64,000 bases of DNA from Minisyncoccota bacterium (lineage in GTDB: Bacteria; Patescibacteriota; Minisyncoccia; Phycocordibacterales; SW-6-46-9), in contig JBBDRP010000002.1 in assembly GCA_040905385.1 (NCBI GenBank), positions 679,010-743,009 on the forward strand, in the 5' to 3' direction. Within the stretch, counting starts at the first letter, position 1. Each line of letters begins with the position of its first letter. Below, piece after piece: positions 49,046 to 56,922 of the stretch. The position numbers were made by a program, and so were the translations under genes. The notes below the pieces were generated by a model. That model saw only the letters and a list, made by a program, of their open reading frames with translations, searched no databases and was not told the DNA's origin.

Positions 49046-49526
49046 CCAGCCAGGTTTCCATCTGTTCTACCTCCTGCTCTTGGGCGCTGATAATGTCATT
49101 GGCAAACTCTATCAGTTCTGATCGACTAGTTTCTTTCAGTAAATCCTCGGACATCTCGATAGCTCCAAGATGATGGACGATCATCCCGCGAAGGAAGGCT
49201 TCTTCATAATCAGCTCCCTCCTTGCCACGAAACATCATTGTCATCTCATCCATGGCGTGCTGCATAGCTCCATCCTGGCGAATAATATCGTTTTCATGTA
49301 TATCCTCCGACAGCTCACCGTGCATATGGTTATCGTCGTGCATAAAGCCACCTCCGTGCATCCAGTCTGCCCCAGGAGCAGCATTGATACCAATAAGGTA
49401 ACCAACCATGAGGCCGACGATTATACCAACAAGACCGTATATAATGGCTGTACTATTTTTCATATTACTTTTTCTTAGACCGCTTAAATACGCTAATAAT
49501 TTCCTCAACTGCCTTATCCTCATCAC
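49020..49526 (-). CDS. DUF305 domain protein (metal-associated), membrane anchored
   Basis: 168 aa with His/Met-rich motifs (HGGGFMHDDNHMHG) and FLRGMIVHHLGAIEM. Confidence 0.7.
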   Translation of the reverse strand: MMRIRQLRKLLAYLSGLRKSNMKNSTAIIYGLVGIIVGLMVGYLIGINAAPGADWMHGGGFMHDDNHMHGELSEDIHENDIIRQDGAMQHAMDEMTMMFRGKEGADYEEAFLRGMIVHHLGAIEMSEDLLKETSRSELIEFANDIISAQEQEVEQMETWLDEWFNNSN

Positions 49527-49734
49527 CCTGCTTCATCTGGTGAATCACGTGCTCAGACAGATGATTTTCCAGCATAAGATCCTCAACCCCGGACAAAGCG
49601 CTACGGACGGCCGAGGATTGATTGATAACATCAATACAGTACTGCTCCTCATCCACCATCTTCTGCAAGCCACGTACCTGCCCCTCAATACGCTTGAGGC
49701 GGTTGGTAAGTTTCTGTTTTATGTCTTTGTCCAT
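49465..49734 (-). CDS. csoR: CsoR family copper-sensing repressor
   Basis: 90 aa from MDKDIKQ. It has the RLKRIEGQVRGLQKMV helix and metal ligands in YCIDV and HLSEHV (the C-H-C pattern). Confidence 0.85.
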   Translation of the reverse strand: MDKDIKQKLTNRLKRIEGQVRGLQKMVDEEQYCIDVINQSSAVRSALSGVEDLMLENHLSEHVIHQMKQGDEDKAVEEIISVFKRSKKK

Positions 49735-49742
49735 GCCGTAAG

Positions 49743-49764
49743 TATATACCCCAAGGGGGTATAT
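49743..49764. promoter_or_regulatory. candidate CsoR operator (TATATACCCC-AA-GGGGGTATAT inverted repeat)
   Basis: A GC-tract palindrome 9 nt upstream of the csoR start codon, resembling known CsoR boxes. Confidence 0.6.
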
Positions 49765-49959
49765 TGCAAATCCCATGACACGTAACCAAAAAACCACCTT
49801 TCGGCGGTTTGGTTCCAACTTCATCCGGATACGCGAGCTAGTGAGTAGCAAATGATGCTAGAACTTAGATTAGAAAAAATAATACCTATTTCGTTCCTGT
49901 TCTAACAACATGATATTCTGTATATGAGCTGATTAATATAATTTCTAAATCTTTTAATT

Positions 49960-50319
49960 ATGGAAAGCTTTGAGAAGACACCAAACGAACCCGATAAAGT
50001 TAATGAGCCTAGCAAGGAAACACAAAATGAACTAACGAAAAACATGAGACATAAAAAGGTCACATTGGAAGCGATTGCCTCTGAAATTAAAGAGCTAAAC
50101 AATATCATCCCAACACTTGAAACAGCCAGTCCGGCTGAGATTAAAGATGCGTATCTTGAGTACATAAATCGTGACGAATCAAATCTGAAAGAGCAAATAG
50201 ATATGGGATATGTGGATATACCCGACCCAGACGACACCGAGGCAATAATTACATATCTTAAGAACGAATTGGGGGAACTAAAGAAGGAACAGAAGAAAGA
50301 AGCCGCAGAGACTAACTAG
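49960..50319 (+). CDS. coiled-coil hypothetical protein
   Basis: 119-aa ORF followed by a hairpin terminator at about 50346-50378. Confidence 0.5.
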   Translation: MESFEKTPNEPDKVNEPSKETQNELTKNMRHKKVTLEAIASEIKELNNIIPTLETASPAEIKDAYLEYINRDESNLKEQIDMGYVDIPDPDDTEAIITYLKNELGELKKEQKKEAAETN

Positions 50320-50405
50320 TTCAAATCCGTGCCATGTATTTAAAATAAAACAGCCTCCTTTTCAGGAAGCTGTTTTTATATCTGCCTGTGCTGAGCTTGT
50401 CGAAG

Positions 50406-50421
50406 TGCGCGGGCGAACGGA
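50406..50421. repeat. 16-nt direct repeat of the tRNA-Asp 3' end (tgcgcgggcgaacgga)
   Basis: An exact copy of 52736-52751, in the same orientation and 2.3 kb away. This is the signature of an attR-like site. Confidence 0.7.
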
Positions 50422-50778
50422 ACATTCACATCGTCGCTTCGCTCCTCTTTAATCCCTTCGGGCCTGCTTATTTTCTATCTCACTTCGTTCGATAAAGAAA
50501 ATTCTCTAACAAGACCAGATAAAAAGTAAAGCAGATTACTTTTTATCCCACGGTTCTCAACGCTCGCACTGCTCGCTGCTCTCCGTCACGGGAAAACTAG
50601 AGTTTTCCCGACCCCTTTCCTGGTTCAAATCCGGTCTCATCATCCATACAAAAGTAAAAGAAAAAGCCGGCACAAGGCCGACTTTTCTTTCACTAGCGCG
50701 GGCTAGTGGACGATGTTGGAACCGAGATAAGAGAGTATAAGGATTATATAACAATTCCCAAAATTTAAAGCAAACTAG

Positions 50779-51939
50779 TTACTTCCTTACGATAAAAATC
50801 GTATTGATATACTCAACTTCACCATTGGCTAATTTTTCTTTTATCTCGTGCTCAAATTCATAATAAGACTTCAGATCCATTTCAAGCCACAGTCGTAAAA
50901 CTTTATACAACTCATCCACTGAACCTGCACTAACCTTACAATCCACATCAACTTGCTTATATTCAATCTCTAGATCATCTAGTGTTCTAGTAAGTTTATC
51001 GTATGTGTATTCATACTTCTTACCCTTTTTATCAAATACATAATTCTTTAAGTCTGCATAATCTTTTGTTGGTTTATGTGCGACAAATAGCGAGATACCT
51101 TCATCGGAGAGTAAATTGTGAACTTTCTCAACCGCTGATTTCTTATTATCAAAATAATAAAGGACATGTGAAGCGATAATAGCGTCATATTTCTGGTCAG
51201 TTTCCCAAGTCTCGAAATCGGCGTGGATCACCTCCTTTGAAGTATTCATGTAATCACGAACGTAACTTGTATTCTTCTCTACGATAGATATATCCTTTAT
51301 GCTTTGAGGAAAATCATCTGCCTTAGAAAGAGTATCGAAACCAGAACCGATATTAAGTAGATTACTAGGCTTATGCTCGTTTAGTATATCTACAATCTTT
51401 TGCTCAACTTTTTGTTTTTCATCAGAGTGATTTACAAAATTTTCAAACAATATTTCTGGGAACCAAAAATTCCCTTTCTTTTCTAGTTCAGAAATAGCCA
51501 CAGTTGCTGACCACAACATATTAAAATACTCCCTATAGCTATCTGCTATGTGCCTATCCTTAATAATAATCACACGTGGATTAGAAGGATCATCCCAATT
51601 AAGCATATCGATTGTGTTGCCGTATATATTCACTCCCACCTTTGTTATAAGTCCTAAAGGCATATAGCGAACCTGAACCAATGGAATAGACTCATAAGTT
51701 TTTCCCAGAGCCTTTACATCATCGTTATATAAAATCTTTGTCTTAATACCACGCTCAGAGCGATCATGGACATAATTTACAAAAAAATCGATAGCTTTCT
51801 GAAAGTCGGGGTTTCCTGATCGAGCCCCAAACACCAAAACCTCCTCTCCCTCTTTAAGATCTTCATTGATAGAATAATAGTATTCCTTGATATTTTCAAA
51901 GCCCTCTATCACCTCGACATTTGATTTGCTCGATTTCAT
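50779..51939 (-). CDS. two-domain protein: unknown N-terminal domain + class I SAM-dependent methyltransferase
   Basis: 386 aa. The C-terminal half carries motif I LLNIGSGFDTLS and the post-I acidic motif DISIVE. Confidence 0.6.
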   Translation of the reverse strand: MKSSKSNVEVIEGFENIKEYYYSINEDLKEGEEVLVFGARSGNPDFQKAIDFFVNYVHDRSERGIKTKILYNDDVKALGKTYESIPLVQVRYMPLGLITKVGVNIYGNTIDMLNWDDPSNPRVIIIKDRHIADSYREYFNMLWSATVAISELEKKGNFWFPEILFENFVNHSDEKQKVEQKIVDILNEHKPSNLLNIGSGFDTLSKADDFPQSIKDISIVEKNTSYVRDYMNTSKEVIHADFETWETDQKYDAIIASHVLYYFDNKKSAVEKVHNLLSDEGISLFVAHKPTKDYADLKNYVFDKKGKKYEYTYDKLTRTLDDLEIEYKQVDVDCKVSAGSVDELYKVLRLWLEMDLKSYYEFEHEIKEKLANGEVEYINTIFIVRK

Positions 51940-51941
51940 GA

Positions 51942-52613
51942 TTATATTTTAACAAACTTACACACCATAAAAGTTGGGTAGTAATCACCACCAACTTGCT
52001 GGGCACTAGTATCAGAAAAATCACTCTCTTCTGTAATTGATGTCAGTTTCATTTTCTTTAATACATCTTCATCAAAATACTCCGAAAATGTATGTGATAG
52101 TTCTGTAGCAACAATTTCACCCTTAAATAAAACTGAACGAACTTCTTCTTGTTCATAATAATCCCTGTATTTTTCTTTCTTTTCCAAAAATTGGCGAATT
52201 GGATGAACGGTCAGATACAAAATAGTAGCCCCAGACTTTGCTACTCTAGCTAACTCCATGAGACATTCTTTGAGGTCCTTTGATGTTTGGAGGGCGTATT
52301 TACTAACAACCAAATCAAAACTGTTATCTTCATATGGAAGATCTTCCATTCTTCCAACCTTTACAACGTCTTTAGAAAACTTAGAGTTAGCAATTTCAAC
52401 CAATTCTTCAGATGCGTCAACTCCAGAAATCTGAGCACCTTTACCTTGGTAATAAGTTAAGTCAGTCCCATCCCCACAAGCAACATCTAACAAGTTCTTA
52501 TTATTTAGGTCTTCATCAAGGATCTCGTAAAAAATATTTCTACTAATAAGTGTCTTGCCAACAGAGTCAGAAAAATCCGATGCGAAGGAGTCGTATTGTT
52601 TCTCATTACTCAT
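51942..52613 (-). CDS. class I SAM-dependent methyltransferase
   Basis: 223 aa with motif I LLDVACGDGTD, motif II VDASEE and LVVSKYALQ. Confidence 0.75.
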   Translation of the reverse strand: MSNEKQYDSFASDFSDSVGKTLISRNIFYEILDEDLNNKNLLDVACGDGTDLTYYQGKGAQISGVDASEELVEIANSKFSKDVVKVGRMEDLPYEDNSFDLVVSKYALQTSKDLKECLMELARVAKSGATILYLTVHPIRQFLEKKEKYRDYYEQEEVRSVLFKGEIVATELSHTFSEYFDEDVLKKMKLTSITEESDFSDTSAQQVGGDYYPTFMVCKFVKI

Positions 52614-52737
52614 GAGAGTAAATTATAACACCTAATCACCTACCATACAGTAAGCGGGTTTATGTCGAATATGTGCATGGTTCAAATTCCATTTGCCCCA
52701 AAAATAAAAGCCCCCACCTAGGGGCTTTAAATCAATG

Positions 52738-52813
52738 CGCGGGCGAACGGATTTGAACCGTCGATCTTCCCCGTGACAGGGGGATGTGTTAAACCAGACT
52801 ACACCACGCCCGC
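52738..52813 (-). tRNA. tRNA-Asp (anticodon GUC)
   Basis: Acceptor gcgggcg/cgcccgc, anticodon stem tcccc/gggga with loop ctgtcac, T-arm gacgg-ttcaaat-ccgtt. Confidence 0.85.
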
Positions 52814-52824
52814 ATTGTCAAGTT

Positions 52825-53490
52825 TTACCTGCTTTTTAGAAAGATTTCAAACTTTTCCCTCTTTCTACTTAAAAACAGATCACTGACTAGATTACCGTAC
52901 ATTACTTCATAAAGCAACAATGAATCGCTAATACTGTATTGCAAAGAATGTGCTTTATCGGCCTCTGACAAGCTCCCTTTCCCCATTCCAGCATTCTCCG
53001 CCAATAACTCACTTAAATCTTCTAGAAAGCCAACAGAAGAGGAGGTAAACCTGGTTGTAATACCCACACTATTCACCTCTCTACTAGCGTGAATAGTACC
53101 GACCCATACCGTACCGTCACCATCAAAGTAACCACGTACGAAGTCTCCCGTAAACTCTTTAGGTACATCAGGAAAACTGAGTATCCTGGTCTTTCTTGGA
53201 GTAATACCCAAACTCCTGAGGTCCGAAAACATGTCCTTGCTACCTATTTGCAAATGATATACGTCTTGATGATTATCGGGTGTCGCTCGCCTGCCGATTT
53301 TGTGCTCAGAATCAAGAGCGGTCTTTACTTGCTCTATCAACTCCTTGTCAACGGAGGTGAAGTCTAAATACTTGGTACCGCGCTTGGTCTCATACATACT
53401 GCCGTCAGCAGCAAAGAAGCCTAGTACATAAGCCATATCGGGTGACCACTCTTTAAAGAAGTCTTTATTTACCTTTCGTTGAATAGGCAC
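52825..53490 (-). CDS. LAGLIDADG homing endonuclease (two-motif, single-chain)
   Basis: 221 aa. Motif 1 is AYVLGFFAADGS and motif 2 is VRGYFDGDGTV. Its stop codon lies 11 nt upstream of the tRNA-Asp 5' end. Confidence 0.85.
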   Translation of the reverse strand: MPIQRKVNKDFFKEWSPDMAYVLGFFAADGSMYETKRGTKYLDFTSVDKELIEQVKTALDSEHKIGRRATPDNHQDVYHLQIGSKDMFSDLRSLGITPRKTRILSFPDVPKEFTGDFVRGYFDGDGTVWVGTIHASREVNSVGITTRFTSSSVGFLEDLSELLAENAGMGKGSLSEADKAHSLQYSISDSLLLYEVMYGNLVSDLFLSRKREKFEIFLKSR

Positions 53491-53721
53491 TAATTACAGC
53501 GTATCACGTGACAGGATATATTGTTAACCACTTTTAATACGTCAATCAGTGTATGACGTATTGATTTGGGTGTAATCCCTCCTCCCCGACTCAATATGTA
53601 GGATTTGAACCACGGTCCGTTACGCTCTATCGCTTCGCGATAAAGAGCGTTTGCAGAGCAACCACCTAAAACGCAAAGAAGGTTGCGTTTTAGCCTCAGC
53701 TTTATTAGACATTTTTTAATG

Positions 53722-53795
53722 TGTCGGGGGGCAGAATTGAACTGCCGACCTTGACTTTATGAGTGTCACGCTCTAACCAACTGAGCTACCCCGAC
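53722..53795 (-). tRNA. tRNA-Met/Ile2 (anticodon CAU, elongator-type)
   Basis: Acceptor gtcgggg/ccccgac, D-arm gctc-agttggtt-agagc, anticodon loop ctcataa, T-arm ggcag-ttcaatt-ctgcc. The loop-closing pair of the anticodon stem is a mismatch. Confidence 0.7.
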
Positions 53796-53920
53796 AAATG
53801 AGGGACAAAATAAAAGCGTACTTTCATTTTTCCCGAATGCTGTCGAGGCAAGATCTTCTTACCCCGACAAATGATCGTTCTTTACCCCTCACAGTATAGC
53901 GACCAGCGCGCCGTAGTTCA

Positions 53921-53945
53921 AGAAAAAAGCCCCCGAAGGGGCAAT
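53921..53945 (-). terminator. intrinsic terminator (gcccc-ttc-ggggc + T tract on minus strand)
   Basis: Downstream of the minus-strand gene 53971-54927. Confidence 0.6.
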
Positions 53946-53970
53946 TTTCCAGTCTTTTTTTTATACTTCT

Positions 53971-54927
53971 TTATTCCTCGTCATTATCGTCGTCGCTATC
54001 TTCATCGTCCTCTTCGTCAGAATCATCATCTTCAAATTCTATTACCGCCCTAACCTCCTCTTCCGTTAGATCTGTACGAGATACGATTTCAGCAATTGCT
54101 TCTTCCTTGTCAGTTGTCTCTAGATTAAATTCTTCCTCGCTTCCGTCAGAGTAATCTATCTTAACCTCGGCTTTGCCATCATCAAACTCGACCTCTATCT
54201 CCAGCTCATCATCGTCATCGCTTTCATCGTCATCTTGATCAAAGCGATCAAAGATTACACGCAAACGTTCCTTTAGCTCTTCCGGAATACTAAGTCGGTC
54301 GATGTCTGGACCACGACGTGATGAACGCTCATCAGCTGCTTCTCCATCATCGTCAGAATCATCATCACTGTCATCGTCAGAATCATCATTAACATCATCC
54401 CCAGCAAATAGTCGCTGAATACCTGGAGCCCGCAAAAGTCCTGGTGGTGTGATACCAGAGTTTCCAGCTCCATCCTCGATCAAGCTACGAATTCGAGCTA
54501 TTGTTTGTTCATCTAACTCTCCATCGTCCGCAACACCAATCTGCTGCTGCAGTCGAGCGACGGCCTGCGATGTCAGTGGACCGTAATACCCAGTTGTTAG
54601 GCCTTCTGGGTAAATGCTTCGGTCCTGAGCCAGAAATTCCTGCAGTCGCTGTACGCGTTCTCCACGATCACCCTGGCGCATACTCTGCCCGAAGACTGCT
54701 GCTTCATTACTTTCTTCATCATCATCCGAATCATCTGTAGATTGACCTCGCAGCGATAATACTCGCTCCTGAAGCTCGGCTACCTGCTCCTGAAGCTGTC
54801 GCACCTGCTCCTGAAGCTGAGCGGTAATTGAGTCATCTTCGCTCTGTGCCTGCACCGAGACACCACCAATCAAGGCTAGTGTTACGACGAGCGCAGCCAC
54901 GAATCCAATTTTGGTAAAAGATTTCAT
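53971..54927 (-). CDS. secreted acidic protein with peptidoglycan-binding (PG_binding_1) domain
   Basis: 318 aa with a signal peptide, coiled-coil QLQEQV repeats, the PG-binding motif GDRGERVQRLQEFLA...GYYGPLTSQAVARLQ, and very long D/E/S tracts. Confidence 0.7.
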   Translation of the reverse strand: MKSFTKIGFVAALVVTLALIGGVSVQAQSEDDSITAQLQEQVRQLQEQVAELQERVLSLRGQSTDDSDDDEESNEAAVFGQSMRQGDRGERVQRLQEFLAQDRSIYPEGLTTGYYGPLTSQAVARLQQQIGVADDGELDEQTIARIRSLIEDGAGNSGITPPGLLRAPGIQRLFAGDDVNDDSDDDSDDDSDDDGEAADERSSRRGPDIDRLSIPEELKERLRVIFDRFDQDDDESDDDDELEIEVEFDDGKAEVKIDYSDGSEEEFNLETTDKEEAIAEIVSRTDLTEEEVRAVIEFEDDDSDEEDDEDSDDDNDEE

Positions 54928-55073
54928 ATACGTAAAAATAAATAACGAATAAACCTATCTTTAATAATAGACTTATAAACAGTAGATATCAAGATTTACG
55001 TGTGGATAGATTTAAAATCCGTCTACATAAGATAAACAAAGAGCCAGCCACAAGGGCCAGCTCTTTGCTTATT

Positions 55074-55091
55074 ATTGTTGCGGGGGCCGGA
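55074..55091. repeat. 18-nt direct repeat of tRNA-fMet 3' end plus flank (attgttgcgggggccgga)
   Basis: An exact copy of 55247-55264. It is followed, on the minus strand, by a hairpin terminator. Confidence 0.7.
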
Positions 55092-55250
55092 ATTTCACAT
55101 AGACACAGCCTCGTTCCCGACCCCTCGACTTTGAAAACCCTCGGTTTTCAATACTTTCCAACACGGGAACGAGGAGTTCAAATCCTTAGTGCTATAGACA
55201 AAATTCCCTTGGTATTCAGGGTGACACTAATATATTCGATTGAATCATTG

Positions 55251-55321
55251 TTGCGGGGGCCGGATTTGAACCGACACCTGGAGGTTATGAGCCTCCCGAG
55301 GTACCATTCCTCCACCCCGCG
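55251..55321 (-). tRNA. initiator tRNA-fMet (anticodon CAU, C1xA72 mismatch)
   Basis: Acceptor cgcgggg/ccccgca with an unpaired C1-A72, D-arm gagg-aatggta-cctc, anticodon stem ggagg/cctcc with loop ctcataa, T-arm gtcgg-ttcaaat-ccggc. Confidence 0.7.
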
Positions 55322-55551
55322 ATATAGTCCTGTATCCTTTCTTTGTTTTTAAGAGACTTCAGGTACTTCTCTTTCTCCACAGCGGATGAACGATTTGAAC
55401 ACTTTTCCTTGTAAGCAACCTCCCAAGGCTGATAGGGCTTTGTCCAACCGGCATCATCACCGTTATGTTCGTTTATACGACGATTCATATCATTCGTATG
55501 ACCAATATAATACTTGTCATACGAAGCACTGTACAGAATATAAATGAACAT
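55285..55551 (-). CDS. GIY-YIG nuclease family protein, 3' end overlapping tRNA-fMet
   Basis: About 88 aa from MFIYILYSASYDKYYIGHTNDMNRRINEHN, which is the GIY-YIG signature. The ORF tail reads 37 nt into the tRNA gene. Confidence 0.65.
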   Translation of the reverse strand: MFIYILYSASYDKYYIGHTNDMNRRINEHNGDDAGWTKPYQPWEVAYKEKCSNRSSAVEKEKYLKSLKNKERIQDYIAGWRNGTSGGS

Positions 55552-55557
55552 AACCTC

Positions 55558-55607
55558 GGTTATGAGTCCCGCTTTAGCGGGATACCATTCCTCCACCCCG
55601 CGATATA
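55558..55607 (-). pseudogene. partial tRNA-fMet copy (5' flank + acceptor 5' strand + D-arm + anticodon loop)
   Basis: A 25-nt exact match (taccattcctccaccccgcgatata) plus ggttatgag, corresponding to the 5' portion of the intact tRNA-fMet 280 bp away. Confidence 0.65.
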
Positions 55608-55665
55608 TTCCTGTCTCTTCACGTACAAGTAGTATTTTACTAAATAATACTAGGTGTGTCAACGA

Positions 55666-56739
55666 CTAATTTTCTCCGTCTAGCTTTGGGTTCTCTACCT
55701 CTACCCCATCAATCTCGAAGTCGCCGTCAGTGATTTTACGAATGTCGCGACCGATACCGCGTAACTTTACGCTGGACTCATCGTACTGATTCACAACTGC
55801 ATTTAGATTACTGCCCAGCCGCCCGTGCACATCTTCATATCCAACTAGATGTGTTCGTAGTGCTTCTACTCCTTCCTGAATCCGCTCGGTGTTCTTCTCG
55901 ATTCGAAACGCCCGCAGACCCTGCAGGATTGTATGCAGATACGCCGCTAAGGTCGTCGGCGAGACAATAATGACACTTCTCTCGTGAGCGTACTCAATCA
56001 GGTTACGCGTATTGGTGCCCGCTGAACCAATCTTGTTAACCAGCAGATCATAGTAGACACCCTCGGCCGGGATGAACATCATCGCAAACGAGAGCGTGTT
56101 TTCTTTGGGACGAATGTATTTGCTTGTTTCATCAATACGCTTTTTCAGGTCATTTTTAAACTCCTTAGCAATCACCGCGCGCTTGTCCTCATCCTCTTCG
56201 TCCATTAGTCGCTGGTAGTTATTTAAAGAGAACTTGGCATCCACCGGAATAATACCGTCCTTGGCCTTGATGATGGCATCCACTGCTTCACCATTTTCAA
56301 AAGAGTACTGTAGCTCGAAGCCATTTGGCGGCAAGAGATTCTCCAGAATCAGCGATAGACCGGCCTCGCCCAGCGACCCACGCTTCTTCTGGTTGGACAG
56401 CACCTTCTCGAGATCCTTTAACGTCTCGGTGATGTCCAGCACATCCTTGTTGGTCTCCTTTACCGACTCAATCTCCTTGGTGATGTTCTGGATCAACTTC
56501 CGACTCTGTCCGAACTGGCTCTCGACCGTCTTGGTGAGCTTGTTGTCCATGGTGCGGGTCTGCTCACCAATCTGCTGGTTAAGCTGCTGAGACAGGTCCC
56601 TCAGCCGCTCCTGGAGGTCTTTATGCGCCGCATTTTCACCGCCATCAGCACGATGAAAGTACCACCCCACCGCTACGTGAATAGCGATCGTGATTACAGA
56701 AATTACAACCAGTATTGTTAGGGTTAGCTCCATACGCAT
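55666..56739 (-). CDS. rmuC: DNA recombination protein RmuC
   Basis: 357 aa with an N-terminal TM helix, a long coiled coil and a C-terminal RmuC nuclease-like domain (GEAGLSLILENLLP...DAKFSLNNY). Confidence 0.85.
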   Translation of the reverse strand: MRMELTLTILVVISVITIAIHVAVGWYFHRADGGENAAHKDLQERLRDLSQQLNQQIGEQTRTMDNKLTKTVESQFGQSRKLIQNITKEIESVKETNKDVLDITETLKDLEKVLSNQKKRGSLGEAGLSLILENLLPPNGFELQYSFENGEAVDAIIKAKDGIIPVDAKFSLNNYQRLMDEEDEDKRAVIAKEFKNDLKKRIDETSKYIRPKENTLSFAMMFIPAEGVYYDLLVNKIGSAGTNTRNLIEYAHERSVIIVSPTTLAAYLHTILQGLRAFRIEKNTERIQEGVEALRTHLVGYEDVHGRLGSNLNAVVNQYDESSVKLRGIGRDIRKITDGDFEIDGVEVENPKLDGEN

Positions 56740-56922
56740 CCATTATATCAGAACCTGTATTACAAACCCATCGCACTTAAGTCGCGTTGATTTCTAGTAA
56801 AAAATAGTGCAGACGAAAGAGATATATAAAATATATCGAAAGAGGATAAGCTGTTTTCTGCAGAAATCCAGAGTGACTTGGGGTGCGAAATGAGTGGAGT
56901 GTGGATTTATTATGGTGGGTTG

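Noticed and set aside
50580-50632. Functional tRNA, on the basis of the ggttcaaatcc T-loop motif and a ctgtcac-like loop
   Set aside because: No acceptor stem or D-arm can be paired. It looks like a degenerate tRNA-Asp remnant, and it is reported as part of the tRNA-Asp islet finding.
53495-53720. Third intact tRNA between the LAGLIDADG ORF and tRNA-Met, on the basis of the ggatttgaacc motif
   Set aside because: The flanking sequence does not form acceptor or anticodon stems. It is treated as a fragment only.
55002-55352. 116-aa plus-strand ORF
   Set aside because: It overlaps tRNA-fMet and the tRNA-derived repeats on the opposite strand, and it is composed of repeat-encoded sequence. It is spurious.
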